This document shows, one piece after another, positions 56,955-64,000 of a DNA stretch of 64,000 bases (position 1 is its first letter; each line of letters opens with the position of its first letter). A program made the position numbers and the translations under genes. The notes under the pieces are model-generated. The model saw only the letters and a list, made by a program, of their open reading frames with translations, had not been told where the DNA came from and did no database searches. The stretch is from sequence record PQ287320.1. One strand, given 5' to 3'.

Positions 56955-57349
56955 TGGCCCTTCGCTCCTTCATCCGCTCGCAGGTCCTGGTTGCCTTCAA
57001 CCAGCTTGACGACGTCGCCCGGCCCTGGACCTATGTCCGGCGGTCCGGCGAGGCCGTGCGCGACGTGGAAGAAGGGACGACCACCTACCCCACCACCGAA
57101 ATCCCGATCCCCAAGGCGGTCAAGACCCGCTTCACCAAGGAGGAGAAGGAGCGCGACAGCACCATCGAGTCGACCGACGAGAAGGTCCTGTTCCCGCGCG
57201 TCTACCTCCCGATCGATTTCGAGACCGCGACCTCCGACTACCTCGTCGACGAGAAGGACGTGATCTGGGAGATCAAGAAGGACTATTCGGACCCGGCCGA
57301 CGCCGTGGCGATCCTGAACGTCCGCACCACGCGGAAGAAGGTCCCGTGA
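56954..57349 (+). CDS. Head closure protein (putative)
   Basis: Position and beta-rich pattern. Confidence 0.6.
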   Translation: MALRSFIRSQVLVAFNQLDDVARPWTYVRRSGEAVRDVEEGTTTYPTTEIPIPKAVKTRFTKEEKERDSTIESTDEKVLFPRVYLPIDFETATSDYLVDEKDVIWEIKKDYSDPADAVAILNVRTTRKKVP

Positions 57350-57822
57350 GGTCGGCCGGCGGCGCGAAGCTGAACTTCTACACCGACGGGAACCTGGAAG
57401 CCGGCTTCAAGCGCTTCTTCGCCAACGCCGAGAAGCGCTATGACGAGCGGGCCGATCGCCTGCTGATCAAGCTCAACGAACTGATCCTGTCCCGGACCCC
57501 GGTCTGGGAGGGCGACACGGTCCACAACTGGCGCTGGTCCACCCGCGCCCCCGACATGCGTCACGAGGACCCGATCGCCAATGTCGATCCGGGCCGCACG
57601 AGCGAGATGGCCCTGGGCGAGGAGCCTCGTCGCCGCGCCAACGAGGCGCGTCCGCGTCAGTCGCTCGCCGGCGCCCTGCGGGCCAAGGAGCCGATCGACA
57701 TCTATCTGACCAACACGGCCGAGAGCGCCGTGGACCTGGAATACGGGCTGCTCCCGACCCAGGCGCAGAGCAGAAACCGCATGGGGATGGTCCGAATCTC
57801 TCTTAAAGAGGTGTTCGGATGA
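57346..57822 (+). CDS. Neck/tail-completion protein (HK97 gp10-like)
   Basis: TPVWEG....NW; IYLTN...AVDLEYG; GMVRIS. Confidence 0.7.
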   Translation: MRSAGGAKLNFYTDGNLEAGFKRFFANAEKRYDERADRLLIKLNELILSRTPVWEGDTVHNWRWSTRAPDMRHEDPIANVDPGRTSEMALGEEPRRRANEARPRQSLAGALRAKEPIDIYLTNTAESAVDLEYGLLPTQAQSRNRMGMVRISLKEVFG

Positions 57823-57892
57823 TCGCCGCCTACCTCATCCTGCCGCGCGTCTATCTGGCCGCGTGGCTCTCGTTCTGGCTCGGAGAGGACTG

Positions 57893-58347
57893 ATGCTCGA
57901 ACATGACATGCTCCGGCAGGTCCTGGAGCAACAGGCCGTCGCCGCCGCGCCGACCATCGGCCTCAAGCTCAGCTTCGACAACTCCGAGTTCGTCCAACCC
58001 ACCGACGGGACGCACTTCGCCGAGTTTTGGGTCCAGACCGGCAACACCCTGCCGGCCGAGATCACCGGCCCGCGTGGGTTCGAAAAGACCTCCGGCCTGA
58101 TCCAGTTCACCCTCATGGCCCCGAGGAAGAGGGCAATGGGGCGATCCTCAAGAAGGCCGGGGCGCTCAAGAAGGTCTTCAACCGGCGCCAGCTTGTCGTC
58201 CCGCCGGATGGCTATGTCAACCTGGACCCGATGTCGATCCAGTCGCACGGCAAGCCGATCAACGGCCGCTACAACGCCATGGTCTGGGCGACCTTCTGGT
58301 TCTACCACCGCGACCCGGACGCGTCCGAGCGCTGGCTGCGCGGTTGA
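57893..58347 (+). CDS. Tail terminator protein (frameshift ~58120)
   Basis: GLIQFTLMAP continues EEEGNGAILKKA... after a -1 shift. Confidence 0.7.
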
Positions 58348-58370
58348 CGCCGCCCTTCGCGACTGCTACT

Positions 58371-58386
58371 GTCGTGAATCTTGACA
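58371..58386 (+). promoter_or_regulatory. GANTC/-35 promoter (tail tube)
   Basis: GTCGTGAATCTTGACA. Confidence 0.7.
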
Positions 58387-58490
58387 TTTCCCAGAGCTTA
58401 GGTTAGGGTCTCCACACTTGCGATGCAGGGCCGGGTCGGCGCGATCGCTAACCCCCTTTTGTCCCAAAACCGTGGATTGGTGACCTGCCC

Positions 58491-60323
58491 ATGGCTGCAT
58501 CGTTCTTCGCCGACTCCAACCGCGCGCGTATGCGCTACATCAAGGAAAACAACGTGATCTGGGGCGTGACCCCGGCCGACGGCGTTTCCCGTGAACTGCG
58601 GTACACCGGCTCTACCGTCAACGCCCAGAAGGACACGACGATCTCGGAAGAAATCCGTGCCGACCGCATGGTGTCCGAAATCGTCGAAGTCGCCGCCCGC
58701 ACCACGGGCGAGATCAACGTCGAATTCTCGGCCGGCTCGCACGACGACCTGATCGAAGCCTTCATGTACGGCGCCTGGACGCGCCCGATGACCTTCGACT
58801 CGGTCCTGGGCGTGTCGCTCGAATGGGCCGACACCGACACCCTGTACGTCAAGGGCAAGGACGTCACGGCCTACTTCTTCGCCGGCCGCCGCGTCCGCAC
58901 CCAGGGCTTCGTCAACGTCGCCAACAACGGCTACTGGCAGATCGCCACGATCACCTTCAACGCCGGCGCCAACCGCACCGAGATCAACATGTCGACGTCG
59001 ACGGCCGTGGCCGAGCGAGGCACGGCCTACTCGGCGCTGTACGACGCCAACGACGTCATCGTCCTGAACAACACCGCCATCCGCGCCGGCACCGGCGGCG
59101 AGGCGGCGTTCGACTCGAACGGCACTAACGCCTTCGCGGCTGCGATCGCGGCGGGCCAACTGCTGGTCGGCCAGAAGATTTTCGTCGAGGGTCTGGGCTT
59201 CGAGACCGGCACCGTGACCCTGGCCGCTGTCCCGGCGGCCGGCGCCCGTGTCCAGATCAGCGACGGCGTCAAGACCGTCGTCTTCCAGTTCGGCGGCTCG
59301 GCCTCGCAGCCGACCGTGGTCGTGCCCCTGGGCGTTGACGAAGACGCCACGGCCCAGAACCTCGCCGACGCGATCAACAAGCTGCGCGTGCGCAAGCAAC
59401 TCGAAGTCGGCGCCTCGGCGACGGCCGGCGTGGTGTCCCTGCGCAACCTGCTGTCGACCGGCGGCTCGATCATCGAGACCGTGGCCGACGCCGACGTCAC
59501 CGTCGCCAACTTCTCGGGCGGCAACGCCACGGTGCGCGGCATCTTCACCATCGAATCGCTGACCGACGACAAGATCGGCGTCAATCCGGCGCCGACCACG
59601 CTGAACAACTCGACGGCCAAGGTCAATATCAAGGCCTCGACGCTCCGCAACCCGGCCGACCCGGACGTGATCACGGCGCAGTCGTTCACCTTCGAGACCG
59701 GCTTCGAGGACGTCGACCAATACTACCTCGCCGACGGCATGCGGATCGGCACGATCGCGCTGAACATCGCGGCCAACTCGATCCTGACCGGCTCCTACGG
59801 CCTGCAAGGACGCGCCTCGACCCGCCAGAACACCTCCAAGCTCGGCGAAGCGCCCTACACCGCGCTCCAGACGACCGCGACCCCGGTGGCCAACGCCACG
59901 GTCAACGTCGGCAAGATCGCGATGAACGGCGAAGAACTGTCGACCGCCGTCCAGTCGATCGCCATCAACGGCACGAACAACCTGCGTGACCAGATGGCCG
60001 TGGGCTACAAGTTCCCGGCCGGCATCGGCGCGGGCCGGATGGAAATCTCGGGCTCGCTGGTCGCCTACTTCGCCGACGGCAACCTGTGGGACAAGTTCAT
60101 CAACCACGAAACCGTGTCGGTGAGCTTCCCCCTGACCGACGTGCTCGGCAACCACTACGAGTTCACCATCCCGGCCGCGAACTTCTCGACCGACACCGTG
60201 AACCCCGCCGGCGGCAACCAGGACATCATGGAGAACCTGGAATACACCGCCAAGCGCGACCCGGTCACCGACTGCCAGTTCCAGATCGACCGCTACTCCT
60301 CGATCTTCGCCAACACGAACTAA
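58491..60323 (+). CDS. Major tail tube protein
   Basis: E..WGVTP...LRYTG...SEEIRADRM...G.INVEFS; C-terminal G..EISG.L..YF. Confidence 0.88.
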   Translation: MAASFFADSNRARMRYIKENNVIWGVTPADGVSRELRYTGSTVNAQKDTTISEEIRADRMVSEIVEVAARTTGEINVEFSAGSHDDLIEAFMYGAWTRPMTFDSVLGVSLEWADTDTLYVKGKDVTAYFFAGRRVRTQGFVNVANNGYWQIATITFNAGANRTEINMSTSTAVAERGTAYSALYDANDVIVLNNTAIRAGTGGEAAFDSNGTNAFAAAIAAGQLLVGQKIFVEGLGFETGTVTLAAVPAAGARVQISDGVKTVVFQFGGSASQPTVVVPLGVDEDATAQNLADAINKLRVRKQLEVGASATAGVVSLRNLLSTGGSIIETVADADVTVANFSGGNATVRGIFTIESLTDDKIGVNPAPTTLNNSTAKVNIKASTLRNPADPDVITAQSFTFETGFEDVDQYYLADGMRIGTIALNIAANSILTGSYGLQGRASTRQNTSKLGEAPYTALQTTATPVANATVNVGKIAMNGEELSTAVQSIAINGTNNLRDQMAVGYKFPAGIGAGRMEISGSLVAYFADGNLWDKFINHETVSVSFPLTDVLGNHYEFTIPAANFSTDTVNPAGGNQDIMENLEYTAKRDPVTDCQFQIDRYSSIFANTN

Positions 60324-60329
60324 GGTCTT

Positions 60330-60355
60330 TGTCACGAAACCCCTATTTCGTGACA
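60330..60355. repeat. TGTCACGAAACC-type palindrome copy
   Basis: TGTCACGAAACCCCTATTTCGTGACA. Confidence 0.8.
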
Positions 60356-60485
60356 AAGCCCCACCCGCTTCCCCCGATAGATGAATTCGGCCCCCAGGGG
60401 TCGTCGAAGTCTCAGCGCTGAGAACGGGCCGCCCGGAAATCGGGGCCGGGCGGCCCACCCTCCCCGATATTTGGACACCCCGAAC

Positions 60486-60914
60486 ATGACCGACAAGATC
60501 AAGATCGACATGCTGGACCTCTTCTCGACCGACCGCGAGTCGGAAGAAGCCGGCGTCTGGATTTACCTGGACGAGGCCGAGAACGTCGGCTTCAAGATTC
60601 GCGCCCTGGGCGCCAAGGCCGTCCTCGACCTGCGCGAGGAACTGACCAAGAAGTACCAGTCTCTGATCCGCGCGGGCGGCAAGCTCCCGGACGAGAAGGT
60701 CGAAGAGATCAACCTGAAGGTCATCGCCGGCGGCGTGCTGGCGGACTGGAAGGGCATCGTCGTCGGCGGCGAGGAAATCCCCTACAGCGCCGAGGCCGCC
60801 TATCAGGTCCTGAGCAACCCGAAGCTGGGTAAGATGTCCGGCTTCATCGCCCAGCACTCGATGGAAGCCCAGAACTATCGCGACGGCACCCGCGAGGACT
60901 CGGCAAAAAACTAA
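60486..60914 (+). CDS. Tail assembly chaperone (gpG-like)
   Basis: Between tail tube and tape measure; E.GVW...F.IR...LADWKG pattern. Confidence 0.85.
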   Translation: MTDKIKIDMLDLFSTDRESEEAGVWIYLDEAENVGFKIRALGAKAVLDLREELTKKYQSLIRAGGKLPDEKVEEINLKVIAGGVLADWKGIVVGGEEIPYSAEAAYQVLSNPKLGKMSGFIAQHSMEAQNYRDGTREDSAKN

Positions 60915-61375
60915 CAGCGGCTCTGGAGTTCACGCTTAGCCAGAAGCAAGGCGGGAGCGGGCGGGTCAAGTCCGCCGCTCCCACCAAGACCGGGGAAGAC
61001 CCGGAAGACTGGCTCAAGCGCCTCAAGGCCCAGTCCGCCGCTCCGCCCCCGGAGGAGGACGAGGAGGCCCTGAACACGGAGCCGAAGGGGGTTGAGCCCT
61101 ATCCGGACCTCATGTGGGTCTGGGACGGTTTCTGGCGCCTCTCGAACAAACGCCCGAACGGCATGTCTGGCCCGCTGCGGATTCCGACCTCGGAGATCGA
61201 GGCCTTCACCCGCATCCGGCGCTGGGACTACGCCAAGAGCAACGAATTCCTCTTCTACGTCGACATGATGGACGAGGTCTACATGGCCCACGTCGCCAAG
61301 CTCCTCGAAGAACAGGAACGCCAGCGAGAAACCGCCAACCAGAAGCCCGCCATGAATAGGCGAGGCCGTCGATAG
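60486..61375 (+). CDS. Tail assembly chaperone -1 frameshift product (gpGT-like)
   Basis: -1 frame reads ...WVWDGFWRLSNKRP.GMSG.L.IP.SEI. Confidence 0.8.
60905..60911 (+). other. Programmed -1 ribosomal frameshift slippery site
   Basis: A-AAA-AAC directly before the stop; -1 frame is open to 61375. Confidence 0.85.
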
Positions 61376-61380
61376 GACCG

Positions 61381-64000
61381 ATGGACAGCGAATCCCTCAA
61401 GCTTAAGATCGACTCTTCGCAGGCGCGTTCCGATCTGGACGCGCTTGCGAAGTCCCTCGACCGCGCTTCGAAGGCCGCTGGCTCCATGCAGTCGAACCTC
61501 GCGCGCGGGGTCGACAAGTCCAACGAGGCCCTCACCCGTGGGGCCAAGAACATCGAGAAGTTCGCCCGCGTCACGGCCGAACTCTCGAAGGTCAAGCTGT
61601 CGGGCGACCCGGCCAAGCAACTGACCGAATTCGCCAACGCCGTCTCGGCGGTGGCCCGCGCGCGCGAGATCAGCGCCGCCAAGCTCAACGGCCTGTCGAA
61701 GTTCGTCCAGGTCGGGGCGCAAATCTCCAAGCTCCGCTTCACCGGCGACTCGTTCTCGGGCCTGCGGTCCCTGACCCAGGCGATGGACGAGGCCGGCCGC
61801 GCGCGCGCCGTCAACAACGCCAAGCTGAAGTCGTTCGTCGACTACATGGAAGTCGCCGCGCGCGCCTCGCGCCTGCGCTTCTCGCCCCAGACCGCCGAAG
61901 CCCTGAAGTCCCTGGCCAGCGCCATGGACGCGGTCGCGCGCGCCCGCACGGTCAGCCCCCAGAAGCTGGCGGCCTTCAAGGACCTCTTCAACACCCTGTC
62001 GACCGCCAAGGGCGTCCCCAACGCCGGCGCGATCGCCCGCGACCTGGACACCATCGCCGCCGCCGCCACCCGCGCCTCCAAGGCGATGGCGGACCTCAAG
62101 GGCGCGCGCTCGGGCATGGGAGCGATGCGCGGCCCCGGCGGCGGCGGAGGGGTGGTGGGATCACCAGCGGAGCCTCCGGCAACGTCAAGCGCTTCAACGA
62201 GGAAGTCTCCAAGGTGAAGGGCCACGCCGAGGCGGCGTCCAAGGGTGTCGACGGGCTGAGCAAGGGCCTGGGCGCCCTGACCGGCCGCTTCAACCTGTCC
62301 TATCAGGCGGGCACGCTGTTCTCGGCGATGTTCTCCTCGTTCACCTTCGGCCAACTGGTCAAGGGCATCTACGACACCACGGTCTCGTTCCAGAAGCTGA
62401 ACAAGGCCATGCTGTTCGTCACCGGAACCTACGCCGGCGCCAAGGCCGCGACCCAGGACTTCATCGACATTTCGGTCCAGTTGGGCGCGTCGGTCGAGGA
62501 CAACGCCGACGCCTACTCGCGCTTCGCCATCTCGTCGGCCGCCGCCGGCCTGAAGCTGGCCGACGTCAACAAAATCTACAAGTCGACCCAACTGGCCCTG
62601 ACCGCCGTCGGCGCCAACAGCGAGCAGGTGGGCTACGCCTTCTACGGCCTGTCGCAGGCCATGGCGAAGGGCAAGATTTCGTCCGAAGAGTTCAACCGCC
62701 AGATCGGTGAGCAAATCCCCGGCAACGCCCAGGCCGGCGCCCGCGCCCTGTCCAAGCTGACGGGGCAGCAGAAGTCGGTCGCCGACCTGTTCGACGAGAT
62801 GCGCAAGGGCACGCTCCAGTCCGCGCCGTTCCTGAAGGCCTGGGCCGACGAGATCAACCGCATGTTCGCGCCCCTCCTCCCGGAGGCTGAGAAGCGCCCT
62901 GACTTCCAACTGAACAAGCTCAAGACCGCCTTCTCCCTGTGGAAGAAGGAAGTGGGCCAGTCGCAGTTCATCGGCGCCCTGACCACCCAGTTCAAGAAGC
63001 TCTCGGACATGCTGATCGTGGTCGAGGGCGACCACTATGTCCTGACCGAGCGCGGGCGCAAGCTCGCCGACTCGTTTGGCAAGGGTCTGGCCCAGGCCGT
63101 CAACATCCTCGGCAACGCCCTGGCGTGGCTGGCGGACAATCTCGACAAGGTCGTGGCGGTCGTGAAGGTGATCGGCGCCCTGGCGATCGGCAACGAGTTC
63201 GCCAAGTGGGGCCGGCAGGTCGCCAAGTTCGCCGACAACATGATGGCCGTGAAGACGGCGATCGTCGAGGTCTCGGCCGCCGAGACCGCCGCCCAGGGCA
63301 AGCGCGCCGTCACCAGCAAGGCTGGGGCGGTCAGCGCAGTGTCGAGCGTGGCGGCCGATCGCATGGCGATGGCGACCAACCGCAGCCGTGACGCGGTCAT
63401 GGGCGGAACCTTCGTCGCCAAGGGCGTGGCCCCAGCGATGCGGCAGGCCCCGGCGTTCTCGCAACTGTCCTATCTCACCGGCTCGCCCACCGAGGCCGTG
63501 CGCGGCCGGGCGACGTTCGGCCAGCGCCAGCCCTATCTCGGCAACGCCACCTTCGACGCGCGTCCGAGCGCCCGCGCCGCCGGCGGCCTGCTGGGCGCGA
63601 TGGGCGCGGGCGCGGCGACGGCCGCCACCACCGCGTTCGGCGGCCTGCGCAAGGCCATCAACCTCCTGCCCGGCGTGGCGCTCGGCGCGGCCGTCGCCCT
63701 GGCGATCTTCGGCAACAGCCTGACCAAGCTGAACGACAAGGCCGTCACCTACAACAACATCGCCGCCGGCGCCCTGGGAACGGCGGGCGACGAGGTCGGC
63801 AAGGGCATGACCGGCCTCTTCAACGGCATCCGGGGCCTGCTCGGCGCGCAACAGAAGGCCGGTGGCACCGGCGACTGGCTGGTCGACCTGTCGGCCTCGA
63901 TCATCGTGTTCGGCAAGGCCGTCTTCACCCTGGCCTCGACGATCGGCAAGGTCCTGGGCCTGCTGGTCGCCAACACCATCATCCCCTGGATCGAACTGAG
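61381..64000 (+). CDS. Tape measure protein (3'-truncated; frameshift ~62150)
   Basis: L.IDSSQA N-terminus; tape-measure domain GLSQAMAKGKISSEEFNRQIGEQIPG in the shifted frame. Confidence 0.88.

Noticed and set aside
57819-57893. 24-aa hydrophobic mini-ORF between neck genes
   Set aside because: Too short to support from sequence alone
1-64000. Integrase, attachment site, IS element or rRNA
   Set aside because: No recombinase, transposase or rRNA signatures seen

Overview
This window is part of a GC-rich giant siphovirus genome. Gene order and content match the phiCbK-like Caulobacter phages (identification from recognition, not a database search). Left to right: (1) 3' end of the large terminase; (2) a ~10 kb block (~0.8-10.9 kb), probably the long terminal repeat, of small early genes driven by 12 repeated CtrA-box promoter cassettes plus one divergent copy; (3) accessory genes, including a second copy of the major capsid protein that carries a twin-arginine (Tat) export signal and lacks the E-loop segment, and a minus-strand transglutaminase-like cysteine protease; (4) portal; (5) nucleotide-metabolism genes (HD, DHH, DnaQ-like, HNH); (6) scaffold, major capsid and head-associated genes, including a ~2,800-aa Gly-rich/LamG protein; (7) 31 tRNA or tRNA-like genes with several atypical members and interspersed structured elements; (8) a ~500-nt ORF-free, stem-rich candidate large ncRNA; (9) phoH, neck, tail tube, tail chaperone with a programmed -1 frameshift, and the start of the tape measure gene. 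Middle and late promoters share a GANTC-TTGAC motif, and a 26-28 bp palindrome recurs after several genes. About 25 genes or gene segments are broken by single-base deletions in G/C runs. These look like sequencing errors, so many ORF-track boundaries are wrong and were reconstructed by hand. No CRISPR array, integrase or rRNA was found.
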